A stretch of DNA of 64,000 nt from Massalongia carnosa (lineage: Eukaryota), in contig OZ287076.1 of the NCBI GenBank assembly GCA_965645245.1, forward strand, positions 930,001 through 994,000. Direction: 5' to 3'. Within the stretch, counting starts at the first letter, position 1. Every line of letters starts with the position of its first letter. Under the pieces are notes generated by a model. That model saw only the letters and a program-made list of their open reading frames with translations. It was not told where the DNA came from and did not search any database. Position numbers and translations under genes: made by a program. Shown piece by piece: positions 26,857 to 38,728 of the stretch.

Positions 26857-26962
26857 GCTGGGCGTATTGTAGGAGAGAAAGCCAGGCAGAGTTTTTCACC
26901 GTAAATAAAGTAAAGCCTTTGATTCCTATGCGTAAGTGACCACAGGAAGAATGACTTCTAAA

Positions 26963-27055
26963 TTGTTGTTGTTATTGTTGTTGTTGTTGTTGTTGTTGTT
27001 ATTGTTGTTATTGTTGTTATTGTTGTTGCTGTTGTTGCTGTTACTGGTGTTGTTA
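26963..27055. repeat. Imperfect (TTG)n/(CAA)n trinucleotide microsatellite upstream of BIM1
   Basis: About 30 TTG/TTA/CTG triplets, roughly 110-200 bp 5' of the BIM1 ATG. Confidence 0.95.
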
Positions 27056-27661
27056 CCGTTAAGTAACAAGGGATCCTGTTTTTATCGTCAACTTCATCAT
27101 GGCAACACGGTTTTAGACCAATTACAGAGCTTTCAAGATCTTTAGCGGGTATACTGCACACAAACTAGGCCATATATAAAGTTTCAGTTATCTATTGTCA
27201 AGGTACTCGTACTTTTAGCAAAAGGCCGAATTTATAGTATTGTACAGTCACTCGGTTCTCTTACGTTCATTCGCCACATCACCGATCTGTTCTCCAAAGG
27301 TAGTTTAAGATCAACAGCTAAGATGCCAGAGCATTTTTCATTGGAATTATTCCAAACATGTACGGCTTTTGACACCTACTTAACGGGGATGCCTTCGTAT
27401 CGGGCTTTTTTACTCAATTCCTCTCACAATCCTAGCTTTCTTCGGTTGCAACAATCCCGTTGCTGCAATTATGAAAATCCGGATGATAGGTTTGAAAAAG
27501 ATTATGAAGGGATATCTACTCAGGTATAAAGGGGCAAATATGTTACGATAAAGTATCATAATTCATAGACTATATCCGTCTCCTAAAATATGACCACCCG
27601 TATTAAAACGATTATTTCGGGTCTTGCACAATCACCATCCAGTTCCAAGATTAGGTCATCA

Positions 27662-29653
27662 TCACTGCTTTAGGTTTACTCCCCATGGACTGATCACATT
27701 ACACCTTTTCGTCTGCTGTTCATTGACGATCTCCGTGGTCGATGCATTCACACCGTCTAAGACCAGCAATCGAGTCATCTTGCCCTTTCCTTGCCCATTT
27801 GCGGTCCATTCTTCCCATTTTGGGCTCCCGGGTACACGGAATGTGTTAGGATCGTAAGTCTTGATAAAACTAGTCCAATACTTTTGCAGCAGAAGAGGAA
27901 TGTCAGCGTTGAAATCAGAGCTAGGAGCGGGGGGCGAGTCCCGATGACTCCAGATGGCGTTAAGTTCCGCGACGTGAGGTACACCAATACCATGGGCAAG
28001 GTCTGATTGACTAGCAATATTGTACCTGAAACTCATGTGAGACTTTATAACACCCACCATCCCCTACGGCTTGGAGAGCTGCATACCGATAATTGTAGTT
28101 TCCTTTCACATTATAGAGGGAGTACATATTACTTAGGTAGATTCCAGGGCACACATAGCGAAGTTCTCCGTATGCTGTGCTTGTGCAATGCCAATATTCG
28201 CCAGCGTCTGGAAATTGCTGATCGACGGGATAAAGTTTGGCTAGTTCATCCAGATGGGTTTGACTTATGACCGGATATTGAGCTTGGATGAAGTTCTCGT
28301 AATCTACCTTTGTTGCGGTCTCTCGTGGCACGAAGACCGTACCCTCGTCCGTTACATCGCTATCAGACGTTAGATCGAGAATCTAGAAGGAGAACTTAAC
28401 TCACCCATAGATAGCAGGGACTCTCACGAAGTGGCCTTTCTCAAATAACCTGAGTGTATAGTCTTGTACAAAATCAAAATCTAACGTTGGGTTGTAGGCA
28501 AAGAGTGGTAGCCTTTTTGCGCCTGGGAACTCTGTCTTGATATTATACATCTGTAACACTGCAATATCCAGGCCTCTTAGGCAGGCAAGGGTGTCAGTAT
28601 TCCCGGTATGGCTAGCAGTACATTTGGTTCGAGCAGTCAACTGGTCGTATTGATACTGGCTTTCAGCGACGGTTCGAATTGCCCCGAAAGACTGAGACTC
28701 TGCTGCCGTAGCATGGAAGAGACCATCGTCCCTACCTCCATAAGCAACTAGCTGTAGTGTAACAGAAGCTGCACCAGCACTAGCTCCGCCCAGCACAACA
28801 TGTCGCGGATCACCACCAAACTGTGAATAGATTAGCAAGATAGACTTTGTTCCTTCGAGGAGATGCATACTTTGCTAATATGAGCCTGGATCCAATGCAA
28901 GACCTGTCTTTGATCTTTGAGCCCGTTGTTTAGGCTGCCTGATTTCTGCACTTCGGCGCTGGCGAGGAAACCATATGGCCCAACACGATAGTTAAAATTA
29001 AGTACAATGATGCCCATGTTGGAAGCCTTGACAAGATATCTGCCGTCATAATTGGAGTTGGAATTATCATTAAAGCCCCCTCCTTGAATGAACAAATACA
29101 CGGGTAGCTTGGAGTCCTTAGGAATATTGGAAGGCGCGTATAAATCAACGAAAAGGCAATCTTCGCTCGTGCTGGATGAAATTGGTTTATCGGAGACCTC
29201 GGCATACGTTCCAAGGCATCGAGGACCGTGCTATCATGGCTGGTAAATCATAACAGCACGTCTGATTAAGAAAATCAACCTTACCTCGCTGGCTGACTGG
29301 ATATCCTGTGTGGGTAGGGGATTTTGAGGTGCTGCAAAGCGTAGGTTTCCAACTGGAGGCGCTGCATAACGCATACCTAACCACTGGCTCGTACCATCTT
29401 CGAACTCTTTTCCTCGATACCGGCTATATCCAAGATCCACCACGATATCTTTACCCACCTCAGCAGGCTGTTGATTTCTTTGCCCTATGCTGAGGCCAAC
29501 AGCAAGACCAACAAAAAGTAGCATCAAAAGAACCCCCATAACGATCCACAACCATTTCGATAACCTTCGAGGACCTGAGCGTTCTTTATTCTGAGATTTC
29601 TCTTCCCCAAATGATGACATAGACGATTCGAATCCATTATTTGATGGTGTCAT
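27662..29653 (-). CDS. Type-B carboxylesterase/lipase with N-terminal membrane anchor, 5 exons (start codon uncertain: 29677, 29653 or 29620)
   Basis: WLGMRYAAPPVGNLRF, SEDCLF, FIQGGGF, NYRVGPYGFL, GLKDQRQVL, FGGDPRHVVLGGASAGA (nucleophile Ser), GDVTDEG (Glu), GVPHVAEL (His). Four GT-AG introns. Confidence 0.93.
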
Positions 29654-32600
29654 CGCAATTGCGATGCAAACAACCATGAGGACTAAGGGCAAACGCTACA
29701 AAGAATGTCAAGCAGGGCTAACAGCGGCCCATGAACGCCAAAAAACCCGAACAAAGAAACTGCACACGGTAGCGACAGTGTGATGTGCACATCAAGAGCT
29801 GTATAGACGAATACCTAGGTATAGCCCTCAAGTCGCTCTTTGGTGCTAGGTGACAACCAGGCCAACCTAGACCTCGATGTGAGATCTAGATGAAGAGATA
29901 AGAATTGGTGGTAATGTTGCAATCGAACGATATTGTCGAGAATGGTGCAATACATAAAGCTATGGCGAATGATGTCATGTGTTTTTTCAGTAGGGGGGGA
30001 AGGCTTTATTCTCCCTGATGATACGTCCAACATCTTCAGCCTACCTCAGCCCACTCAGCAATCACAAATCATTGAGTCCTGAATTACGGATCTGCCGGGC
30101 TGCTTGATTCAACTCCAAAATACTAGGGTATAAGCACCAATGATTAGTCGATGATTGAAAGTTGAGCCTTGACATAAGGCGTCCTGCGCGGATTAACCAA
30201 TCATATCCATGAAACGTGGCCTTCAAGATCTCGCTTACAAAGTCAGCAGCGGTTGCACCCTTCACGATGTTGGGAAAAAGGAAGTACCTAGATCCTCCGT
30301 AAGTTCGGGGGTTTCTCATGCATCAAAATTTTCTTTTTCTTCAGGCCGTACAAGGAACAATCTGGAGCGCACACTAAGCCCGCACGTGGGTAGGAAGCAC
30401 GGTCGCAACTTGTAGTGTAATCAAAGATTAGCAAATCAAGCTTGAATGCGTCCAGTAGATCCGAATAAAAAGGCCCGAAGGTTGTATTAGGGTTTAGTGC
30501 AAGCTGTCGCGATCGTGCCACAACGCTTATATCTGCAGGGTCTTGATGACTTGTTGCCATTCTTGGCCTTAGAATAAGACGACATTTCCGTAAGTGTCAT
30601 CTATCAGCGAAGACAAGGGGGAAACGGCAGTGTCTCTGGCAACCTTTGTTCCGGTTACAGTATCGCCTTATCTATGGAGTGCTGCTCTTGGTCTTCTTTC
30701 CTCTAGAATTAGTGTAAGATTTAAAGCGTTAGAGCTTATGTATAAGTTAGTGTCGATAATCAATAGAATATCCTCTATAAATCTCTTGGCAGACCCTCTA
30801 AGAGTAACTAAAGCTTCATCACCAATTACACCCACACGTGGAAGAAGGTGCCCTCATCGAGATCAGCCTTAGCAAAACTATCATCAATCAAATCTCTGGC
30901 AAAAGCTTTAGTCATGTCGCCAAGAAGCGCTCGGCTTTTTTTTTCAATCGGGGTTAGGGTATTTAAAAAAATCCTAGTACTTCTGGGCGATACGAGTAGA
31001 CTTCTCTGACTATGAGAATGTAGTGGCTCCTCACAATTCGGAAAATATTTCCTATTCAGAGGGTAAATTTTCTTATAGTGGTTGGGTAGCGATGGCCGGT
31101 TGAGCATCCTTTCGCCCTTTCCTTCGAGCACAACATAAACAGAGCGTCAATATTAATGGATTTTGTTTCCTGTTAGCTAAATGCGAATGTGGAAAATGCT
31201 CTTTGACTTTTCCGGTGGATCATATACTCTCGAAGCAACTTTGGGAAATGCGTCGCGAAATGGCTTTTAGAAGTATGCCTACTCAGAATGTACACCCTTT
31301 CGCCATAGAAGGGCTTTCAAACGCTCGGTGTTCTGTTTGCTATAGTGCCTAGAATTTTTCCTGATTTGTATTGTATAAATCGATATGCAGGAAGGGCCAT
31401 GATTGTTTCATTTCCAGTATGCCATTATTAACAATCATCCACAAAATGGTAAAGATGATCTAGCCCCCAGAGACGTGGGATATCTGGGAGACAAGCTTCG
31501 ATTCGATCAGTTATGTTATGATTGATTCATCTTGGCGAGTATTTCCGATGTATGGCAGGCGAGGTTGTCAACACTTTTGAATATAGACAAATTATGGCTT
31601 GATTGTTGGTCTGGCCATAGTGAGATGTCCTACCTTTAGCTAGCCCCTAATTTAGCGTCAAATCCACGTCTATTGTTCCAGTGGCTCTTCACCTCCTTTT
31701 GGGGAAATTTAGCATTCCCAAGCTTAAAGATAATAAATTATAATGCCAAGGAACCTGAAAGAAAAACCGGAATAGTACGAAATGTATCATCAAAGGAATT
31801 TGAACTTTTAAGAGGAATAAAAGCGAAACCTAAATGCAGACCAAGAAGGAGTTTGTTCACTCATGATTCGTCCTGTGTATATTGCATTTGCATATGTTTC
31901 CCCAGATAAATCACTAGCTAATCTCAAGCCGAACAGATCATATTTCATATGGTAGATGGATATCAAACACGAGGAGAAATGCACTCGCTAGATCACATTA
32001 TCTAAGTCGAGCTTACCGTATAGAGTACCGAGAACCCAACAAGAAAGCCTTCGAGTACAAGACAATGAACCAAGACTTCGAAGCTAGAAAAAGTAGTCTT
32101 TATAGAGTTATTTATGTAGCAGGGCCTATAAAAGCGAGAGAATCATGTGGGAACCCGAGTCAAAGTTGAAGTTGTGGATATCTTGATTAGATGTTATATG
32201 TTATTAAGAAGCCGTGGTATTTGGGACTTCCATTAACCTATGGATTGTTTCACGCAGGTACCAATAAGATTGCACAAAGCACCTTGCTCCTGCTTAAAAT
32301 CATCGATGACGGAATGGTCTGAAGCCTGAACTTTCGTGAAGAGTCCGTTGATGGTTTTGATGACTAAGATTTCGAGACTCGATCGCTGTGGTTCGAATAA
32401 GAAGATTGTTGATTGACGTAATATGAGAGCGTACTTGGCGCTTACGGGAACAGCTGTGATCGAGGCTACTGCCTGCATCTTCCTTGGTTGTCATAGATGT
32501 TGAATTTCCGAAGTGAGGCAATTGTTTTGCGGAATTGCATTTTGAAAGCGGGGAAGGTAAGCGGAGGAGATCACGAGCAGCGGGAAGAGATGAAAAGCTG

Positions 32601-32774
32601 TTTATCATTAAGGCCGAGCTGCATAAGGGAAAGCAACGGCTTAAATACAGGAGAAGCAATTCATAATATTTATGACGGGATTATGCATAGTGCAAGCATT
32701 TGTCACCGGCCCTCCTTCTAATCGTACCTATGATTTCAAATGCAACGCAAGTCATGATAAAGTCCTCAAAACAA

Positions 32775-32881
32775 TCTATTGCGCCTCCCATGATTAGTCG
32801 CAAGCTCGGACTATAATGGCAAATGGTACCTCATGTCTATTGCGCCTCCCATGATTAGTCGCAAGCTCGGACTATAATGGC
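32775..32881. repeat. Perfect 46-bp direct repeat (period 61 bp) in the MFS gene upstream region
   Basis: TCTATTGCGCCTCCCATGATTAGTCGCAAGCTCGGACTATAATGGC at 32775-32820 and 32836-32881. Confidence 0.95.
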
Positions 32882-33153
32882 TTGTCTTTCACGGTCGGAG
32901 CTTGCTTCTCCGCCAATCGATCCACAATTCATTCGCCCTCCTATCCAATACCTTTCATGGAAATAGGCCATCACATGTTCACACGTTGATTCACATATAC
33001 CTATCACAGATCCTCGTCATTCTTCTTCATGTGGGTGTGCTAGAAAGTTTTACCCTGTGAACAGATTACTCCAGGTTGGATTCCTTTTGAACCAGGAACT
33101 TGGCCTTTCACCAGTCATTAACAGAACTCAAGGCTGTTGCGATCTTTGAGAAA

Positions 33154-35767
33154 ATGGAGCCATCTATGAATGCAAAAGATTCTCCTCGTGGATCAAATGA
33201 AATTCATTTACCTGTGGTTCCGTTGGAGGAGGTAAATAAATCTGCTGTGCCAACTGAAAGAAGATTTTTCAATTTCTCAAGACCACGAGAGCAGCATTCA
33301 CCTTCCAAAAAACTGTTGGATGGCTTCGGTGAGATCAAAGTCAAGCCAGAAAAGTCAAGCTTAGGGATTTTGAATGACAGAGAGACTGACGAGGTACCCG
33401 GTAGAGGAGACCTTTGCGAGGCCAATGGTTTCGTTTCAGATTTCATGGAAGAAGCTGACATATCGCCACACCAGGTTCGGTTTTGCTCATGTCAAAGACC
33501 AACTGCAATGAACCGTTAGGATTACAGAAGATACCTGCGCGAACATCAGCATCGTCGCTTCCATTTCTATTTCCCCCGGGCTTGAGACCTGCATATTCGA
33601 GGCAGAATTCGAGGCGGTCGATTGAGAACAGGAAGAGAACCCCAGATGGTAAGATTATTCTAGAGCCTCAGCCTGATGACTCAATGAATGATCCGTTGAA
33701 CTGGCCGTCGTGGCGGCGTGACATTGCTCTACTCTCCCTAGGATTCTACTGCATGCTTGGAGGGGGCATGACACCCATTTTGGCCGCTGGATTCAACAAT
33801 ATAGCTTCTACTTACCACGTCTCCATCCCAAAAGTTGCTCTAACAACAGGATTTTATATGATGGGCCTTGGTCTTGGCTCTGTTGTTGCTTCCCCGACCG
33901 CGATACTTTATGGGAAACGCCCCGTGTACCTGGTCAGTATTATCTTGTACATAATCAGTTCAATATGGTGCGCTGTTTCTCCGAATTACATTTCTTTGGT
34001 AATTGCGCGGATCTTTATGGGGTTTGCCGTAAGCCCGGTGGAGTGTTTACCATCCGCTACAATTGCCGAGATTTTTTTTCTTCATGAAAGGGCATATCGA
34101 CTTGGAATCTATACTTTACTTCTCCTAAGCGGCAAGAACTTGATTCCTCTTGTTAGCGCAGCCATCATTCAGAGTTTGGGTTGGCCTTGGGTTTTCTGGT
34201 AGGCAACCTGGAACATTTGAAAAACCTTGACTGCTGACGCGCGATAGGATTGTCGCAATGATTGTTGGGTTATGCTTTTTTCTTATGTTGCTTTTCGTGC
34301 CGGAAACTTTTTGGGACCGTACACTGCGACCATACTCAAGGAGTCGCTTGCCATCTATCTCCGGTCTTTTGCATCACTCTCTTCCAGGAAAAGATGTGGC
34401 TACCATTGTTGATGAGGGCACATCATGTTCAAGAACACCAGTTATTGAATCGACGATAGCCGCTGAGGCCACGAGCTCAACTTCAACCACAGAAATGGCT
34501 GATCCAAAGAATTGCCTTGATGTTGAGTTTGCTGACTACGCTAGCCGGGATTATGAACAGGCCACAAAAAACTTGACGAGAGTTGATAGCCAACCACAGA
34601 AAACGGAAAATACGCCTGCGCCCTCAGTATTACAAGTTGATGCATTTGGCAGAGCTATACCGTGTCATGTACCGAATCAACACCAGGCCCTTACCAGTAA
34701 ATGCGAGCTTGAAGGTGCTTCTTACAAACCAATATCTAGTAATCCCAAATCGTCTGGACATCTCTATCTTGGAACCAATTCGCAAGAAAATGAGCCTCAA
34801 AGCAGTTTCCACCCTGGCACTTCTAGGCCCACCGCCGTTAGATCTGAGTCGGCGATAACGGGCCCCGTAAGCCTTGCTGAAAAATCGCCACTGCCAGGAA
34901 AGAGCTATACTACCTATCTGACAACCCGACCACCAAAAAGCTTCAAGCAAACGCTGAAGCCGTGGAACGGCAGGCTCCGACACGAGAATTGGTTTTTAGT
35001 GGCCTTACGGCCCTTTGTTCTCTTTGCATATCCAAGCATCCTCTGGAGTACTTTGGTCTATTCTTTGAGTATTGGCTGGCTTATCGTTTTGTCAGAATCA
35101 GTTTCGTCGGTCTACCGCAACAAAGAAAGTTACAATTTCTCGTCTCTTGGCACAGGCCTGGTCTACATCTCCCCCTTTATTGGAGGGATTCTGGGCACAG
35201 CGGTGGCAGGGAAAGTCAGCGATATTGTTGTTCGCTACATGAGTCGCCGTAACGAGGGTATTTATGAACCGGAGTTTAGACTCATCATGGCAATTCCAGT
35301 TGCCCTTTCAACCTGTATTGGATTGATGGGCTTTGGGTGGAGTGCTGCCGAGAAAGACAAATGGATTGTACCAACCGTGTTTTTTGGAGTTATAAGCTTT
35401 GGGTGTTCACTGGGAAGTACGACAGCCATTACTTTTGCCGTGGATAGCTATAGGCAGTACGCGGGCGAGGCGCTTGTTACATTGAATCTCTCCAAAAGTA
35501 AGTTACTAAGCCGACTTCCTGTTATCTCATCACTAGGTGTATTATAAGATCTGAGGGCCTGATACGCTATTTTTTCCAGATATTTTCCACGGCTTGGTCT
35601 TCTCTCTCTTCTTTACCCGTTGGCTCGAGGCAGACGGCTCAAAAAACGTGTTTCTAGCGATCGGTGGCATTCAGCTAGCCTGTCTGTGTACGACTGTCCC
35701 GATGTATATATACGGGAAAAGGGCCCGGATGTGGACTGTGCGGAGAAACTTAATGGAGAAGTTATGA
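33154..35767 (+). CDS. MFS transporter (HOL1/DHA1-like) with a long central loop; introns 33401-33474, 34199-34247, 35498-35579
   Basis: LEPQPDDSMNDPLNWPSWRR, LYGKRPVYL, IAEIFFLHERAYRLG, FVPETFW, NEGIYEPEFRL, YIYGKRARMW. Splicing restores one frame to TGA 35765-35767. Confidence 0.93.
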
Positions 35768-36203
35768 TGGTATGATGTGCATTTGGTGGGCCAGCTGGGT
35801 TTTGATTGGCATAGTTGCTTACGATAGTTCATTCCCTCTTGGCTTTCTGATTCAAGCACTCGATGCTGGTTATAATACATCAATCGTTGTGTTTGATTAT
35901 AGGTACGCAGTAAGTAGGTAGACAGAATGGAGTTTACGATAGCATTCCGGTTTTAAGTGACGAAAGTTGAGGAAATGACCACTTAATTTAAATAAGTGGA
36001 GTGCTATTTTGCAGGAATTACTCCCTCAGCCCTCCTGCTCCATAACATCATCATCATAATCATTACACCTACTATCTACCCCATTGGCTTGGTACTAGTG
36101 ATAAATAAGTGTAGATATATTAATCAGCTATCTAGTTATTTCGGGACAAGGCCATAGCATGTCAGTTCTACTCTCAATCTAGGTAGGTTGAGGGTATATC
36201 GAT

Positions 36204-36791
36204 GGCATCTAACTCCGGGACACCCCTATTCGCTACCTTGACACCCCCTTTCTTACATCAACACCTCCCTTTAAGCTTATCTGATCGAGTATGTTTTCGA
36301 GGTTCACCCGTTTGTAGTTTCATATACGATAAACAAGCATATAAACCAACAGCTTTTTTATCAGAAGTGATAATTGATTTCAATAATTACATTTTGAAGA
36401 TCTGAAATAAATCGACTTAATTCACTTCAACTTACTGGATGACATCGTCGAGGATCGCTTCTTCGTCTTGAAACTGTTCGTCTTTTCTTCTTCTTATCGA
36501 AGATCCTTTCTTCATCTTGTGACTGCTCGCCTTTTCTTGTTTTTTCATCACTTTGTCCTCTTTCTTTAACTTTCGTTCCGTTTTTTGCCCTCGTCCTCGC
36601 TCTCGTTCTCAACCTCGAGTCGAAGGTTCATTCAATGTAGATGAAACATCACGAAATTTTGAAGTTCGGGCGGGCGGGTGAAACCTCGAAAACAGTAAAT
36701 GTTACTCGATCAAATCAGCTTGAGGGGGGGTGTTAATGTAAAGAAAAGGGGTGTCAAGGTAGCGAATAAGGATGTCCCGGAATTGTATGCC
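36204..36791. mobile_element. Non-autonomous long-TIR DNA element (MITE / internally deleted, Mutator-like)
   Basis: Imperfect TIRs of about 107-118 bp beginning GGCAT (36204-36310 and about 36674-36791). Flanks ATATCGAT and ATTTCAAT match 6/8 (possible decayed TSD). Interior holds a stop-containing K/R/E-rich coding remnant on the minus strand. Confidence 0.85.
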
Positions 36792-37354
36792 ATTTCAATT
36801 CAGTAGGACTTACAAATGAATCACAAGCACCGAGTCTTTGGCTCAAAATGCCATAAGCTTGTTTGTACATTTCATAAGCAGAGAACGGGTTGTGATTATT
36901 TATCAGCTCCGAGGAAAGACTTAGAAAAAGAAGTTAAGCTCCTTGCTCCAGGCGATAGGCATTGGTCTGCCTAAATACCGTGGTGGCAATGTCAATACTG
37001 TGTACTGTTCGCCCTTATCTATTATCCGTACCTTGACTTTTCCGTCCTCCAAAATGAAACATGGAATAAAGATTGAGAGATGCGCTTGGTTGGCTCGGTT
37101 GAGTCACCGAGCATTGCGTTTTGTACATGCAGGCTCGGAGACAACGATATTACAAACCATTCGCGATCTGGGATGCTGTTCGACATGAGAGTCAAAAGCC
37201 GAAGGCCATGACGCCAGATAAGAGGCTTGCTTGTGTGGCTCCCTCCACATATATCAGGCAGTATTGGCATATTTCTCTTTCGCTAAGCTCTTACATATCG
37301 TTCTCTGAATAATCATTCCAGCAATCTTCGCCAGCATAAATTCTTCTCTAAAAA

Positions 37355-38728
37355 ATGTCGCCGTCAATAGTAACAACCGAATCGCAGAAGCGGCCTCATG
37401 TTCTGATCGCCGCTATTCCCATCTTTGGCCATTACGAAAAGCTCTGGGTTATCGCCAGTGATCTGGTTGCTCGGGGGTACAGAGTCTCATTTTTAAGCGC
37501 TACATGCTATCAAGAGCGCATCGAAAAGGCCGGTGCCCAATTCATACCTCTCCAAGGAAAAGCCGACTACGACTTCACCAGACGCCACGAAATTTTACCC
37601 GAGCGTGATGCCATCCCTGCTGGCCCAGAGCAAGTCATCTTTGACTTCATCAACTTGTTCATATTGCCGGCTGCTAGCCAGTATGAAAGTGTGCAAAAGT
37701 TCCTGACGGAGGCAGCAGCGAGTAACCCCGAGGAACCTGTGGTTATTGTACACGATGTCTGCTTTTTAGGAGCGAAACCGCCGGTACTCGGGGCTCCAGG
37801 ACTCAAACCTGCAGGACTCATTTCGATCGGCATAGCCCCGGTTTTAGTTTCTAGCGTCGATACAGCGCCTATGAACATGGCTCTGCCTCCAGATAGCTCA
37901 GAGGAAGGTCGCAAGCGAAACGCTTCTTTGTACCTGATTATGCACCAGAATTTCCGTCCGGTGCAGGATGCCTGGATTACAGTTCTCAAGCAGCTTAAAG
38001 CTACTGACACGTCCGATTTCATCCTCGACATGCTGTATACCAAGTCCGATCTCTTCCTGCAACTCTGCATTCCGGATATAGAGTACCCTCGTTCTGATGC
38101 ACCCAAGAACCTCAGATATATCGGAGCGCTTCCCCCAGGTCGGCGCGAGAAAATGGCATTGCCATCTTGGTGGGACGAGATCGTTAAGCATGAGAAGAAA
38201 CTTATCGTTGTTTCACAAGGCACGGCATCCAACAACCCCCTTGAGCTCATCTTGCCAACCCTCGACGCCCTGAAGGATTTAGACGTGCTAGTGGTAGCCA
38301 CGCTAGTGCGCTACGAGGCCATCGAAGGCTACAGCCCACCCACAAACGCCCGTATTGCGAAGTTCGTCCCCTTCGACCAGCTGTTCGAGCACGCGGATGT
38401 CATCGTCAGTAACGGCGGCTACGGCACCATTCAGCAAGGTTTCAGCGCGGGGGTTCCTATGGTCCTATCGGGCATGTCGGAGGATAAGCCAGAAGCGTGC
38501 GCGCGCGCAGCGTGGACGGGTGCAGCCATTAATCTGGCCACGCAGACTCCCACAGTGGCCCTCATCAGGGAGGCTGTGCAGACGATCCTTGAAGTTCCAG
38601 ATTATCGATCGAGAGCGTTGGAACTCAAGGATAAGTATCTGAAGTATGATTCTCTCACGGAGATTGCGGCGAGCATTGATGAGTTGGCCTCCCGCACACC
38701 GAGGACCGTGGAAGTGCATAAGATCTAG
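37355..38728 (+). CDS. GT1-family UDP-glycosyltransferase (MGT/YjiC-like small-molecule glycosyltransferase), intronless
   Basis: N-terminal PIFGH (catalytic His position), VVSQGT, UDP-binding signature FVPFDQLFEHADVIVSNGGYGTIQQGFSAGVPMVLSGMSEDK. Confidence 0.93.
   Translation: MSPSIVTTESQKRPHVLIAAIPIFGHYEKLWVIASDLVARGYRVSFLSATCYQERIEKAGAQFIPLQGKADYDFTRRHEILPERDAIPAGPEQVIFDFINLFILPAASQYESVQKFLTEAAASNPEEPVVIVHDVCFLGAKPPVLGAPGLKPAGLISIGIAPVLVSSVDTAPMNMALPPDSSEEGRKRNASLYLIMHQNFRPVQDAWITVLKQLKATDTSDFILDMLYTKSDLFLQLCIPDIEYPRSDAPKNLRYIGALPPGRREKMALPSWWDEIVKHEKKLIVVSQGTASNNPLELILPTLDALKDLDVLVVATLVRYEAIEGYSPPTNARIAKFVPFDQLFEHADVIVSNGGYGTIQQGFSAGVPMVLSGMSEDKPEACARAAWTGAAINLATQTPTVALIREAVQTILEVPDYRSRALELKDKYLKYDSLTEIAASIDELASRTPRTVEVHKI

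Noticed and set aside
26936..27161. Poly-Leu and poly-Thr ORFs
   Set aside because: Translations of the (TTG)n microsatellite; no coding evidence.
29651..29666. 16-bp palindrome CATCGCAATTGCGATG at the carboxylesterase start
   Set aside because: 8-bp arms are expected about once by chance in 64 kb.
32775..32881. Direct repeat considered as a CRISPR-like array
   Set aside because: Only two copies, eukaryotic context and no cas genes.
37567..38301. 244-aa antisense ORF inside the UGT gene
   Set aside because: Shadow ORF caused by codon bias of the sense gene; no recognisable motifs.
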